Assembly: GCF_009834535.1 (NCBI RefSeq)
Contig: NC_045701.1
Coordinates: 92,566,001-92,630,000, forward strand
Origin: Camelus ferus
Taxonomy: Eukaryota
Direction of reading: 5' to 3'
Length of the DNA stretch: 64,000 bases
The notes beneath the pieces are model-generated. The model saw only the letters and a program-made list of their open reading frames with translations, ran no database searches and was not told the DNA's origin. The translations under genes were made by a program, and so were the position numbers. Of this stretch, positions 35,644-48,900 are shown one piece after another. The first letter of the stretch is position 1. The number at the start of each line of letters is the position of its first letter.

Positions 35644-36965
35644 GTATGATCATTACTTGTTTCCTGTGAAAAATTTTTTTCTCTGCTTTTCTATTTACAG
35701 AGCTCATTAGAAATCAATCTTCTTTATCTCTAACCTGTAGAAACGTGTTACTTTTTCTGACTCCTTCCAACTTCTCCATTAGCTCCAGATCTGAGATTGC
35801 CTTTCTTCCTTACCTGAAAGCCATTTTGTGTAGGACGTGTTGAGCCCTCATTTTTCCTGTTCCTTTTAGAATTGTTACTCATTTAGGAAATCTGTGAGTG
35901 CCTGCTGTGTCCTGGGAACAGTTTGGGGAGAACAGTGGAGAACAAAACACAGCTGGTGTCCTCCCCAGGTTACGGGTCCAGTGGGCAGTGGTTCAGAAAA
36001 GAAAACCAGCTATTCCAAGAGCAGTTGATGAGGGTCTGGACCGGGCCGCAGGGCACCCTGAAGGTGTCCAAGGGCAGCCCCTCACCACTCTTGGGAGGCC
36101 CTCGAGGTTTTCAGAGAAATGTGAGGCCTGAGGCACGCAGAGGAGTTCGAGCTGGCACAGGTGTCCGGCGGTGCCGGGAAGGCTTGGGGGGGTGGTGGTT
36201 CCAGCAGCAGGCGTGCAGGCCTTGCTTTAAGAGTCCGCTCCTCTTGAGTCGTGCAGGGGTGGAGACTCGGTGGGGAGGGGCACTGCAGGGGGAGCCTACA
36301 AGCCACGTCCTCCTGAGATGCACTGGACTCCATCCTCAGACAGGCGGGAAGCCTAATTGTGTGTGTTTTGAAATGATCACTCGGGCTGCGAGGGGAAACC
36401 TGGCTTCTCAGAGTCGCCTCCAGGACCGGCGGCGTGGGCGTCCTGAGCTGGTCAGGAGTGCGGGGGCCAGGCCCCACCCACCTTTGGAAGAGAGCTGTGG
36501 GTGGTCCACATGCACTTTTAAGTTTGCAGAGCCCCAGCCTGGAGAATGCATTGGATTTGGAGCAGAAGGCTCTCTGGGTGGGAGTGTTCCTCTGAGGCCA
36601 GTCACTGCTGTAGTCCATTGGGGCGGCATGGGCTGTGCTGAGTCCGTGGCAGGAGCTCCGGGTGTGGAATCATCAGGCTGGTGCTGAAGCGGGGGTGGCG
36701 GGAGTGGATGGCAGGGAAGAGCCAGAGCGGCGGGTGCCCGAGCCTGGGCCTCTGGGAGTGTGGGAGAGGAGGGGGGGTGGGCCAAGCCGCGATTCCTCTG
36801 GACGGACCTGGATAGCCTGGCCGGGGGTAGGCGGCGGCCCTGCAGGGTAGGGGCCCGGGACAGTGCGGGTGGCACCTGTGGTTGCGTACTTGGCCGCCTG
36901 TGGGTCTGGCACATGCACTGCCTGGTCGGTGGGCGACCCGCTGCCTCCCCACAACCTCCTCTCAG

Positions 36966-37072
36966 GTGTGTGTGGATCGAGAAGGAGAGCATCAACTCTG
37001 TCGTCGTCAGCGACAGCCCTGAAGAACACCAGAGAGTGCTGGTCGCAGCCTCCCTGTCGGTCAACGCCACGG
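36966..37072 (+). CDS. TDRD9: TDRD9 exon 24/29
   Basis: cctctcag| (R)CVWIEKESINSVVVSDSPEEHQRVLVAASLSVNAT(G) |gtgagt. Confidence 0.95.
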
Positions 37073-37592
37073 GTGAGTGGAGGCCGCCTGCTCCTGGCCT
37101 TGGCTCTGCTCCTCCTCCCGGGGCCCCAGGCATGGGAGCAGTTTGTCCTGGGATCAGAGAGCCACTGTACGTGTGCATGCTGTGTTATAGACCGTTTCCC
37201 AACTGTGTGGCGACGCAGGCTTGAGGGATGGGCACTGCCCCCGGTCCTGGCGTGCAGGGACGCGTAAAGTGGTGCCTTGGCCACGCGCTCGTTCGTCGTG
37301 CTTGCCTGCGGAGGACACGGGCCCAAGTTCCTGGTCCTGGGACAGACCCGATGGCCTAGGGGAAGAAAGGGAGACGAGTAACCCAACAGAGCCCGTCCCA
37401 GCGGGCGAGGGGCCAGACCGCGAGCCGAGGCACAGGGTCCCTCTCAGGGCGCTGCGGCTGCACCGGGGAGCGCTGTGCTACCTGGCATCTTGGGGGACAT
37501 GTCCATGCGGGAAGGGCTGCCTGAGGGGGGCGGTGCTGGCCAGGTGGGGATGTCGCGCCCCTGACGCTGCTCTCCTGGTGCCTATGTGACAG

Positions 37593-37689
37593 GGTCCACG
37601 ATGCTGCTGAGGGAGACCTCCCTGATGCCGCACATCCCCGGCCTCCTGGCCCTCCTCAGCATGCTGTTCACGCCAGTGATGGAGCTAAG
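37593..37689 (+). CDS. TDRD9: TDRD9 exon 25/29
   Basis: atgtgacag| (G)STMLLRETSLMPHIPGLLALLSMLFTPVMEL(R) |gtatgg. Confidence 0.95.
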
Positions 37690-40379
37690 GTATGGCGCGC
37701 TCACCCGCTCGGTGGGGGAGGACTCGGCGCCCCCCGACTTGGAGGGGAAGTGCCCGCGGCGTCCACTGCATCAGCTGCTGGCCCTTTCCTGTGCTTCGTG
37801 TGCCTCCAGGAGGCTTTACTTCCTTCCCAGAGCTGCACTTGGACTTAGAAAGAGGCTCAGAGAGCTTACCAGGGTTCTCTTGGGAGTGTGAGTTAAAGTG
37901 GGGCAGGAGCGGTGAAACTGGAGGCAGAATTAAGGCTCAGGGTCAGCACGTGGTGATGGACACCCCATGGTCAGTGGGCCATAGATGTGAGTGCACTTTA
38001 CGGTGGTGGCCGTGAGGTGGGAAGACAAACTGCAAGCGTTGGCAGCTCCCCTTGGCGCCAGGATCTCACGCCAGGGGCCTCCAGACACCTTGGTGGGGAG
38101 GGCCGCGTGGCAGCGTGAGCTCCGGGAGCGCCTGCCTTGGAGGCCACGGCTCCGCAGGGCTCTGATCTCAGCAGCAGGGTGTGCAGAGCACTCACTGCGG
38201 CCGAAGGCCTGATGGGCTTTGGCATGGGGGTCGGGGCAGGGAAGGAGGTCACGTGCGGCCGTTAGGAGCCCACGTCCTGGTGGGCAAGACGGAAGTGACC
38301 TTGGCCGTACTGAGTGAGGCCTCTGTGCACAGGAGGGGTGTGGGGTGCTCACCCCGTCCTCCGCTGTGGCCCCCTCTCCTCGTGGAGGGTGAGACCTGGA
38401 GGATGGAGGGCGTAAACCTGCGCTTTCCCCTCTGGCTGCTCTGACGGCCTTCTCGTCTCCAGCTGGACCGAACTCCTGCTTCGGTGCTTTTCTTTTAAAT
38501 ATAAGCTTCTTGAGGTTGTGACTAATACAGTATATTATTTTTAAATCTCCAAAGTGCAGGTGGTTAGGTGGTAGACACTCAAGAAATACTTAAATTTAAA
38601 ATAGTATCTTTCTAGAAAAAAGTAAGTTTAATAGGCTTATATCAACAGTACGCAGTGCTTTGCACATAACTGATACTTTGTATTCATTCTGTCTCATTTA
38701 GTTTGAATGAGCCAAAACGGGACAGTTTATATGACAACGTCCATGAGAGTAGTTTCTCTGAGTCCTCAGGCCCAGCGCGGGGATCATCAGGAAAGGCAGA
38801 CAGGGCCTGGGGGTGGGTTTTCATCCATACTCTGCGTCTGGTTAGTTGTGTGAGTTTTGTCGCTCCTGTGGAATCAGGAGCTACCATTTTTGAGATGAGT
38901 AGATGAGAGAGGCATTTGATCTGGGCGTGTGGCCTCCTGTGGCTCCCCAGTGTGGACCGGGCCTGGGGCCTGTCAGTGTCCTGGGTGTGCTCGCAGAAAG
39001 GGGTGTCCTTTGAGCCGTGGCCTCCCTGCTGCTGCCCGGGCGCCCCGCTGGACCTGGCTGCTGGCCACCGCATCGGTGGTGTCAGCCCGTCTCTGGTGCT
39101 GTGGCCGTCCTGTCCCGGTGGGCGGCAGTCCGACGGCCAAGGTGGTTCAGGAGGAAGGCGGTGGCAGCGGGGGCCAGGCGTGCACCTCCGAGGTCGCTGG
39201 TGGTCGAGGGGTGCAGGGAGAGGTGTCTGCGTGGTGACCACAGGGGCCGGCGCCCAGGGCTAGCGCGGGCGTCGGAGCGTCGCCAGGGCGGCCTGGGCAG
39301 GCGGGGAGCCTCGTTAGACTTCTCACGCTTGGCACGTGAGCGCCGTGCACATTGGCTACAAAGCATTGAACAGTGCTTCCTTCACATGCGAGTTTCAGAC
39401 TGACTACCATTTAACTTCTGAGGAAGTGTGTTTCCTCATGTGGCTTGTGTGAAGAGTTCTGGAATATTAGCTTGCAGGAGAGGCTCCCGTTTTGCTTTAA
39501 CAACTTTAAACATCATTTTCTGGAGCGGTGAGTCCTCCTGAGCGTCGCAGCCGTCAGCTTGTGCCAGCTGCAGCTCCCCTGCGCGCTGTTTCAGCGTGGC
39601 CGTCTGCCCTTGGCTGCACACTGTGTGGAGTGTGCTTGCTTTTGTTCCAGCCATGAGTGTTGCAGTCATAAATATGCTTTATAAAGGAGGTAAAAATCCA
39701 CGTTCTCAGTGACTCTCAGGTTCACATCGGTACGTAGGATTCCTCGAAGAGAATTAAGCCTAGTGCTGTGGTTGCTTTACTGAGTTCAGACTCTGAGCAG
39801 CTGAGCAGAGAATGGCAGCCCCAGGTTGGATTGGGTCAGGTCAAGGCTGAGGCTTTCAGGACGGTCCTTGCTGCAGGGCCGGTGTTGCCACATGTGGGCA
39901 GCCAGGGGCGTCTCGGCGGCTGTCAGTGCGGCGGGGGCGACGGCGACGCGGGCAACGCGACGCGGCGTCTCATTGCTGTGGGGGGTCGCTCTTGTTCTTC
40001 ATCTTGGTGACCTCTGGTTATTACTTCTGTTTTGGAAAGTTTTTATATAAATTGGAATAATAAAGTATACTCGTTAAAAATAACGTAGGGGAGCTTACTA
40101 TTTAAAGAAGCATTTTGGTGACTGTTCTGTAAAGCAAATACTCAGCACCTGATTTGTAAGTCTGAATTCTGAGTCTCTTCTTAGAGTGAGATTCTCTTTT
40201 ATCGTCATTAATGTGAAAAAAGGATGAGTTCATGTGTTTAGGACTAAGAAGGAAACTGTTTTTGTCCAGAGTATTTTCGTCAACATTTTATTGACCTAGA
40301 TGATGGGAAAGGTCTGAGTTGATTAGGAGTCAAAGAAAACTACCCGACTGTGTAAAATGTGTTCAGTATGAATGTTCAT

Positions 40380-40900
40380 TCACTTTGTATTTCTCTGTTG
40401 ACCCTGAGACTTACACTGATGCCTGGGACATGAGAAGGGCCTCGTGAGTCAAGGGCTCTGGGGGACGTGGTGGGGGAGAGGGGGCTTCTGCTGGAGGAGC
40501 TGAGCTCCTTAGGCTGGAGAGAGGCCTGGGGGTGAGGGCGGTGGAGCCCAGCAGAGCCCGGCCAGGCCGGTGGCTCATCATGTCGCTGAGAATGCAGCAG
40601 AAGCCGCCGGGAGCCCTGAAGCAAGGACGGAAGCCTACTGGGCAGGTTTTGAAAAGCCAGCACTGTCTGCTGTTGTGCAGAACGCATGGGGAGAAGCAGG
40701 AGCAGGTGTGGGACATCCGTCAGGGAGCTATTGCGCAAGTCCAGGCGGGAAACGACGGTGGTTTGGATGAGGCTGGTGGTCACAGAGGTGGAGGGGCCAA
40801 CAGATATGGGAAACCTGAGAAATGGAGAAGACAGGACTCAGGGTGGTTGGAGGGAAGCTGTGGGCTTTGTATCATTAGTGGGTGTAGTTGTTCTAGGGTG
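40380..40900 (+). mobile_element. L2-like remnant
   Basis: gggagctattgcgcaagtccaggcgggaaacgacggtggtttggatgaggctggtgg typical of the L2a 3' region. Confidence 0.6.
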
Positions 40901-41127
40901 AGAGGCGGAGCACAAAGTCTTGTAAGCTTTTCCTAAGTGCCAGACTTCTTTCCCAGGTCGTAAACACGTGCATCACCCTAATAAGCCTGTAACTCATAGA
41001 AGGAGTTCAAAGGTAGGGGAAAACTAGTTGTGATAAAATACTCTTTATGTTGTCTCATGTACTGCAGTAAGAATTAGAAACTTAAATAATGGATTAGTAA
41101 AAATACTTAACTTACTGTCTTTACAAC

Positions 41128-41130
<3 letters not shown>

Positions 41131-41163
<33 letters not shown>

Positions 41164-41182
41164 CTCTCTCTCTCTCTCTCTC
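41131..41182. repeat. Compound microsatellite (AC)15(TC)11
   Basis: Read directly from the sequence. Confidence 0.97.
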
Positions 41183-41348
41183 TATTATTTCTAATAAAAC
41201 TGGAAGAGAAAATGCAAAAATGAAATTAGTTGCTGTCCTAGAATTTAGAATGATTTTATTGGGCATTTTTATTGGTCAGTTCCTTTAACATTAAAACAGT
41301 GGCTTAACCATTTTGAAGTATTAACTTTTCTCCAAACTTTTCATTTAG

Positions 41349-41487
41349 GGTTGATCGAGAGGGAAAGTGTTACACTGGAGCCCTCTGTGGTTTGGGGTGG
41401 AGCCCGACCACAGGGGCCCCTGTCCTGCCGGAGCACGACATAGAGCTGGCGTTTGACGTGCAGCTCGGCGTGGAGGACGTCGTGGAG
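41349..41487 (+). CDS. TDRD9: TDRD9 exon 26/29
   Basis: tcatttag| (R)VDREGKCYTGALCGLGWSPTTGAPVLPEHDIELAFDVQLGVEDVVE |gtgaga. Confidence 0.95.
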
Positions 41488-41714
41488 GTGAGAGCAGTGG
41501 TTCATCGCTGCGTGGTGGCTCCTCCTCTGCCTTGTTTGCCAAGACACCCGTTAGGAGAGCACGTGTCTGACACGGTGCTTCAGACGGAGTTGCACCCTGC
41601 TGGTCTTGGAGGTGCCCGCCCTCCCCGCCCGGCCTGTGTTGCTCACTGTTCCGTGTCATGTAGCTTCCTGACAGTGCTACGCTCTCTGATTTTCTCCTTT
41701 GGTGGAGTTTGTAG

Positions 41715-42560
41715 ATGAAACACCAAAAGCACGATCTGTGAAAGGAAAAACTGAGAGGTTAGACTTAATCGAAATTAAAAACTTTTGCTTTGCTAAAGAC
41801 CCTGTTAAAAGGATGAAAAGACAGGCTACGTACTAGGAGGAAATATTTGCAAATATGTATCTGAGAAAGAGCTTTTATCCATAATATATAAGGAACTCTT
41901 AAAACTCAATAATAAAATAAGCAACTAGATTAAAGTATGTATGGCAAAAAGCAAATGAAAAGACGCTCAACATCATGTCATTAGGAAAATGCAAATTAAG
42001 ATCACAGTGACATAACCTCTCAGAATGGCTAAAGAAAAAATAAAAACCTGAAAATAACCATTGCCAGTGAGGATGTGGAGCAACAGGAACTCTGTTAATG
42101 CTGGTGGGAATGCGAATGAAGCTCCTATTTTGGAAGATAAGATTCTTCAAAGTTCAGCACATACCTACCATAAGACCCAGCAATCCGACTGTTAAGTGTT
42201 TATCCAAGAGATTTGAAAACTTACACCCACGTAAAACCTGTTTGTGAATACTGATGGCAGCATTCATAATTCATAGTCGCTAAAAACTGGAAGCAACCAA
42301 GATATCCTTCAGCAGGGGAAAGGACAAACCAACCGTGGTGCATCCACGCCCGGCCATGAAAAGGAGTGGGCAGTTGATTCACGCAGCAACATGAGTGAGT
42401 CTTACGTGCACGTTGCTGCATGAGCAAGGCCCGCGCTCGGGCTGGGAACGGTGTGGTTCTCTTCCTGTGACACTCTGGGAGAGGCCAGAGCATAGATTCG
42501 TGATGCCTGCGGGTGGAGGGGTGGTGGGCTGCAGAGAGTCCCACGGGCTGGAGAGGACAC
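41715..42560 (+). mobile_element. Old L1M 3' ORF2/3' UTR fragment, sense
   Basis: aaattaaaaacttttgc...ggatgaaaagacaggc...aatatttgcaaat...gcaatccgactgttaagtgtttatccaagag. Confidence 0.85.
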
Positions 42561-44149
42561 AGCTGCTCTGTGTGTCAGGGTTTTGTCAGCACCCTGGCCT
42601 GCCCCCGTGAAAGAGTGGGGCTCTCATAAATGCAGTCATCATCCCCCTCCCCCCAGGATCGGGGGATAACTGTGCACTGAAAGGGTGGGGAGCAGCTTTG
42701 GCAAGGCTCTGTCGCAGGCAGATAGAGCTGCACAGAAGCCCTTCCTCTGTAGCTGCGCTTGATGTACTGGGCTGGACTAATAAGTAGCTGGACGTGAGCA
42801 CTGGGCACTGGGGGTGGGCCAGGAAGGCGGGCCGGAACCGGCCCTGTGGCACCGGTGAGTGGGGGACACCGTTCAGTGCAAATGCCTGTTTATCGGCACG
42901 TCCTGTGCACAGCTGGGTGGGTGTGCGTGCACGTGGTCGCACACACGCACTTGTATTACCCTGCTCTCTGAGGGCCAGGAACGGCGACATCCCAGCAGCC
43001 CTGAACAAACCCAGTGGCCAGGTTGTGGTTTCTGATAGGATTTTCCAGTGAAAGGAACCAGGGCTCCTTGGAGAAGTGGCTTTGTCTAGGGTTGGACAAA
43101 GGAGATACAGACTAAGCCTGGAGCTGCTTGCAGTGCCGGGAGGTAAAGATGTGCTCAGAAGACGTGTCACAGGGACGCAGGAGCTCCCAGTGGCCAGAGC
43201 TGGCACAGCTAGAGCAACAGAACGAGCAACTGCTGTGTGGGTTCGTGACGCAATCATCCACGTGTCCACAGGGCTGTAAACAAGTGCCTGCGCGAACGGA
43301 AGGGGAGGGAGGGCAGGTCCTGCACACACGAGGCCCCAGCGGCGCCCGTGCCCCCCCGGGGGCAGGGCCTCCTCTTCCCTGGCCTGCGGGTGTGGGTGGG
43401 CCAGCCTGAGCGAGGGGCTTCCGCTGAGCCTGGCAGACCCTGCGCAGCGAGGTGCCCTGTCGTGATGACGGCACACACACCCCAGTGGGAGATGCTGAGG
43501 AGGCTCCTCTCAGGGGCTCTCCCCCGACTTTGCCACCCCAGGCGAATCATGAGGAAAGTGCCGCACCAGCCCAGACGGGGGCATCCTGCAGAACTCCTGA
43601 CTGCAACTCCTCAGAACCGTCCAGGACAGAAAGACAAGAGAAGGCTGAGAAACTGTCCTGGCCCAGAGGAGACCTGGGGGAGGTGACAGCGGGTGCAGTG
43701 TGGTGCCTGTGTCCGGCCCAGGGACAGAAAGAGGATGCGGAGGAGAGCTGCCAGGTTCCCGTCGAGCTGGAGTCCAGTGCGTAGCTGTGCACCAAAGTCG
43801 GCCTCTCGGCTGTGACAGGCGTTCCCGGGGGCGGGTGGGGCTCTGCCGGGAGCTTGGACTACCCCAAGTGGAGGGTTTATGAGAACCCCCGACACGGGCA
43901 GGTAAGGAAATGGGTGCTGTGCCCGTGGGGGCGACACTCCTCAGGGTTCAACGGGCCACACGGACGAGTGGCAGCAGGGCCGCAGGGGTGAGAGGGTGAA
44001 GGGGGCCAGTTACGCGGGGGCGGATGGTCCCCAGACTCACGGGGCCATCGCTTTGCAGCGCAAGTGCTGAGTTGCTCTGCCGCACGCCTGGTGCTGGCAC
44101 CTCGCTTCCCACCAGTTTTGCCTCGGCTGAGACACAGAGTTGGGGGAGT

Positions 44150-44440
44150 ACGTGGTCATCCCTCGGCACCCATGGGGGCTGGTTCCAGGGTCCCCAGGCA
44201 CTCAAGTCCCTTATGAAAGGGGGTGTAGTGTGTGCATGTGACCTGTGCACACCCTCCCATGTGCTTTAAATCGCGTCTAGGTCGCTTGTAGTGCCTAATA
44301 CGGTGGAAATGCTGTATGAATAGTTGCCAGCGCGTGGCAAATTCAAGTTCTGCTTTTTCGAAACTTCTGGGATTTTTTCCTGAATTATCTGGTCCAGGCT
44401 TGGTTGAATCCACAGATGCAAGGAATCCGTTCCTTGGTAT
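44150..44440. mobile_element. MER2-like (TcMar-Tigger) DNA transposon remnant
   Basis: gtcatccctcggcacccatgggggctggttccagggtcccc ... ggttgaatccacagatgcaagg TIR-like ends; ctcaagtcccttatgaaaggg internal. Confidence 0.75.
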
Positions 44441-44749
44441 GTGATACAAGTAGATTTTGAACTGTGTAACCCATCAGTTAAACTTCTACTTTAAAATGTA
44501 ATAGTTTAAAAAGTGTGCTTATGCTGAAAAGTCTGAACCTTTCTTGCTGAATTGTATTTTTTCTGTTGTTACTGCTTCTTAAATTATGATAGTGGTTATT
44601 GATGTTATTTGTGTTGTTTTAATAATTTGTTCCGGAAACCCTACTGATGATAATCATACGAATATGAATGTGAATGCTTATGAATTAATGATACGTGGAA
44701 TGAAATTCAGTTACGGTAGAAGCATGAGTACTTGTGTTGTCATTTACAG

Positions 44750-44868
44750 GTTAATATTCTCAGGGCCGCTGTTAACAAGCTGGCATGTGACGGACCACAT
44801 GGACCCAAGCGTCTTGGGCCTGAAGGGATCGCACAGTTGCAGGATGACGCGCGTCAGAAACTTCTGGG
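44750..44868 (+). CDS. TDRD9: TDRD9 exon 27/29
   Basis: catttacag| VNILRAAVNKLACDGPHGPKRLGPEGIAQLQDDARQKLL(G) |gtgagc. Confidence 0.95.
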
Positions 44869-45989
44869 GTGAGCTGAGTGATGACATGGGTTTCCCTCCT
44901 TCCTTGCGGTCAGCTGCCTTAGCTGTCTGGACTGTGAGTGCTCTGAGCTGTGTGTGATGTGCCGGGTAGGGCGTCTGGAGTGGGGTTCCAGTGCGGGAGG
45001 CGGTGTCCAGGAGGCGGCAGCTCATGGGAGAGCAGCCAGCTCTGTCCTGGGTGCCCGCGTCCAACAGGACACAGTGGGCACGTGCGGTGTGGGTGATTTG
45101 AGGAAAATGTAGTAGAGAGACCCTTTCAAACAGCACAGGCAGGGCAGAGGGAAACTGTGGTGGGCTGTGCAGTGCCCACAGGTAACAGTGGGCGCCTTGG
45201 GCCAAAGGAGGCAGTGGGGCCTGGGGTGGGGGATGTGTGGAGAGGACCACCTGCTGGGACCTGGCCCCTCTACTAAGCTTCCCCCAGGAAGGTGGTCTGG
45301 TGATAAGCATCCTGCCCCACCCTCACCACTCGCCGGACTCCCTAGGACAGGGGCCTCGTTGGTGCAGCCCACGAGCCCAGGTCAGCCTGGACAGCTAGAG
45401 GAGGCCGAGGAGAGTAGATGGGGTCGTGGAGGATCAAGCTAGAAGGCTCCCGGTGTGTGCGGCCCTGCACCCTGTCTCACCGCCCTCCCAGGCCAGTGGC
45501 AACTCCTTCCTTGCCTAGAACAGTGTCCTGTGCTGCCGGGAGGAGAGCTGTGTGAGAGCGGGTGAGAGAGGGATTAAATATACAGAGCTGCCTTAGTGAC
45601 TGTGAGAAAGGCTGATTTTCGTTTTCTCTCTTCATTTTTTACGTAAAAATATTTTTACGCGAACTTTGTGTTGATATTAACACACGTAAAGTGTGTTCGC
45701 ACACAGTGAATGCGCCAAGTGACCTGCACTTGGATGGAAACCATGTTATAAAAACATTCAAAGTGCTTCTAAAACTAAAAGAAATCCACCCAAAATGCAT
45801 ATGGGAAGGAGCGGAAAGTCAACGAGATGCCAGATGCTGCCCGTTCTTGCACAGCTGTGCCTGGCAGCGCAGGACCGTGACCTGCTCCGCTGCTTCTCCT
45901 CACAGCCCCGCCCAGCGAGGTGACTGCGTCCTGAGCGGTTAGGTCGTAGACGGGGCAGGGGATTTGGGTGGCAGTTCAGGGCTTTCAGT

Positions 45990-48900
45990 AAGTTTGTAGT
46001 TCTGCTAACCATCACCACATCTCAGTTTTATAGTATTTCTATCATCCCCACAAGTTCACTTGTAAATATTTTAAAACTGAATCATGGAGATAGTTACACA
46101 CTCTGTAAGTTTACCAAGATTATTAAGTTGTGTCCTTTAATTAACTTCTGGTATATAAATTATACCTCATTGAAGCTGTTTTTAAAAACATAAGTTCTTC
46201 CTGCCCATTTGTAAGCAACTCCTGTTCCCACCCCCAATTCCAGGCAACCACTGACCCGCTTTCTGTCTCTCTAGACAGGCCTTCTCTGAGAGTTTTACAT
46301 ACATAGCCTAGTGTTTTCTTCAACAAATCTGGCTGCTTTCGTTTTGCATAATATGTTTGAGGTTCCTCCGTGTTGTAACACGTTTGTTCTTTTTAATGAC
46401 TGAATAATACTCCACTGTTTGTACCTGCCACGTTTTGTATATCCATTCACCAGTTGATGAGATATTTGGGTTGTTTCCAGTATTTGGCTGTTGTGAATAA
46501 TGCTACTATAAAAAGCCATGTGAAGTCTGTGTGTGAACATATATTCTCTTCCCTCTTGGGCAGATGTGTAGAAGTAGAACTGGTAGGTTGTGTGGTAAGT
46601 TTATGTTAATTTTTTAAGAAATGGACAAACTTTCCCAAAGTGATTCCCACATTATAGCCCCACTGGCAACTTGTGACAGTCCCAGTTTGTGCGCCTCTGT
46701 GCCGGCACTGATATTGCCAGTGCACTCTTCATTGTCAGTCTGGTGGAATTATGGCAGTACCTCAGTGTGGTTTTACTTTGCACCCTTTAAGGGCTGATGA
46801 TACAGAGCATCTTTTTATCTCCTCATTAACCAGTCATACACCTTTTCTCATACACCTTTGCCTGGTTTTTTAATTGGGTTGTCATCTTACTACTGAGTTG
46901 TGGAAATTCTTTATAAATTCTAGCTAAGTCTCTTATGAATATGTAACTTGCAGACATTTTCCATGTCTTCTTGATTGTCTTTTCATTTTCTTAATGACGT
47001 CTTCTGAAGAACACACGTTTCTAATTTGGATGATGTCTCCTTTATCTTTCTTGAATGGATTATGCTTTTGGTGTTAAATTTGAAAAATCTTTGCTAAACA
47101 AGGTCACAAATGTTTTCTCCTCTGTTTTCCTCTAACTCTTATATTTCCTTCTTGTATTTACGTCTTTGATCCATTCTGAGATGACATTTGTAGATGGTGT
47201 GAGATGTAAGAGTCTTAAGTTCACTTTTTTTCCACATATGAACATCCAGGTGTTACAACATCATTTTATGAAGAGCTGCCTTTCCCCCCGTTGAATTGCC
47301 TTGGCACCTGTCAGAAGTCATTGGCCGTAAATGTAAAGGCTTATTTCTGGGCTTCCTATTTTGTTCTGTTGATTTATGTCTGTCTTTAATAGTAAGTCTT
47401 CAAATGGAGGGTATCAGTCCTCAGATTCTGTTCTCCGAAATTGTTTTTACTGTTCTAGATCCTTTTCCATATAAATTTAGGATCTGCTTGTCAGTGTCTC
47501 TGACAAGCCTTGCAAGAACTGGGGATAGGGATTGTACTGACTCTGTAGATCAGTTTGAGGAGAATTGCCACCTTAACAGCATTGACTTGTCCAATCCATG
47601 GAAACAGAGTGTCTGTCAAGTATCCTGTAATTTCTCTTTAATGCTTTTTTATGGCTTCCAGGGTGCAAATCTTGCACTTTTATTAAATTATTTCTAAATA
47701 TTTTAGTCTTTATTGATGCTACTGTGAGCTAAATTTTCTTAATTTTTAGGTTGTTCGTTACTGGAAACGAACAAGTGCTTTTTACGTGCTGGTCTTTTAC
47801 CCTGTGGCCTGTTACACCTGCTCATTAGTGCTGGTGGTTGTGTGGGTTCTTTAGAAATTCCTGCATTCAGGATCACATCTGTGGGAGAGAGTTTTACTCC
47901 TTCCTTTCCAATCTGTATGTCCAGAATTCCTTTTTCTTGTTGTTCTAACGCTGGCTGGAACCCTCGGAACTGAGCTGGGTAGCAGTGGTGAGAGCGCAGT
48001 GGTGAAAGCCTCTGCCTGCCTTGTTCCCAGTGCTACAGAGCAGGTGCTCAGCCCTCACCGCTGAGTGTGGTGGGAGCTGGGATGCTTGTAGAGGCTCTCT
48101 GTCGGGCTGAAGGGGTCCCTGTCGGCCCCGGTTTGCCGGGAGCTCTACCAGGAGAGGGGTCGCGTCCCGCCAAGCGCTCTCCCTGCATCTAGGGGATGAC
48201 CGTGCCTTTCCTTTCTCTCTTCTCTTACCCGATTCATGGTGGCGTATCAGTCGCTTCTCAGGCGTTAACACTAACCTTGTGTTCCTGGGATGAACACCAC
48301 ATGCGATGTAATTCTTTTTATGAACTTGCTTGCTACGTGTTTTTGCTAAGAGTTTCCCATCTGTGTTCACGAGGGTTACTGGGTTCTGGTTCTCTCGTGA
48401 TGTCTCTGTTGCATCGGAGTCAGGCATGCTGGCCTTGTAGGGTGAGTTAGGGAGCATCTCCTGTTACTTTCTGAAGGAGCCTGTGTATTTGATGGAATTT
48501 ACCAGTGAAGCCATTTGAGCTTGGAACTTCTCTTTGTGGGGAGATTTTAAATTACAGATGCAATTTCCTGTGTTTCAGGTCTAGTAAGATTTTCTGTTTC
48601 TTTTTAAGTCAGTTTTGGTAATTTGTGTCTTTCCAGAAATTTGCTCATTTCATTTAAATAGACTAATTTATTGGCATAAAGTTGTTCAGAATCTCTTTTT
48701 TATAATTCTTTTCTTTTCTGTACGGTTCATAGTTATGGCCCTTTTTTTTTTTTTTTTTTTGCTTCAGATTTGAATCATGTGTATCTCTTCTCTTTTTTCG
48801 TGGTTAGCTTAGCTAAAGTTTATCAACTAACGTTTGTTTTGTTCATTTACTTCCCCGCCCAGTGGTTATCCTTTTTCTGTTTCGTTGATGTTCACTCTTA

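Noticed and set aside
35923-37386. Cluster of 230-256 aa ORFs on both strands
   Set aside because: GC-rich intron around exon 24 with low-complexity composition; only the spliced TDRD9 frame is recognisable.
42586-43476. Longest ORF in the track (296 aa, minus strand)
   Set aside because: Pro/Ala/Arg/Ser-rich with no recognisable domain, in GC-rich intron partly overlapping L1 remnants; expected by chance at this GC content.
44640-44745. Possible intronic C/D snoRNA (TGATGA near 44645, ~100 nt before an acceptor)
   Set aside because: No box D (CTGA) at a suitable distance and no terminal stem.
44586-44957. 123-aa + strand ORF with a hydrophobic N-terminus overlapping exon 27 in another frame
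   Set aside because: No promoter or splice support and no recognisable homology; the hydrophobic start reflects T-rich intron sequence.
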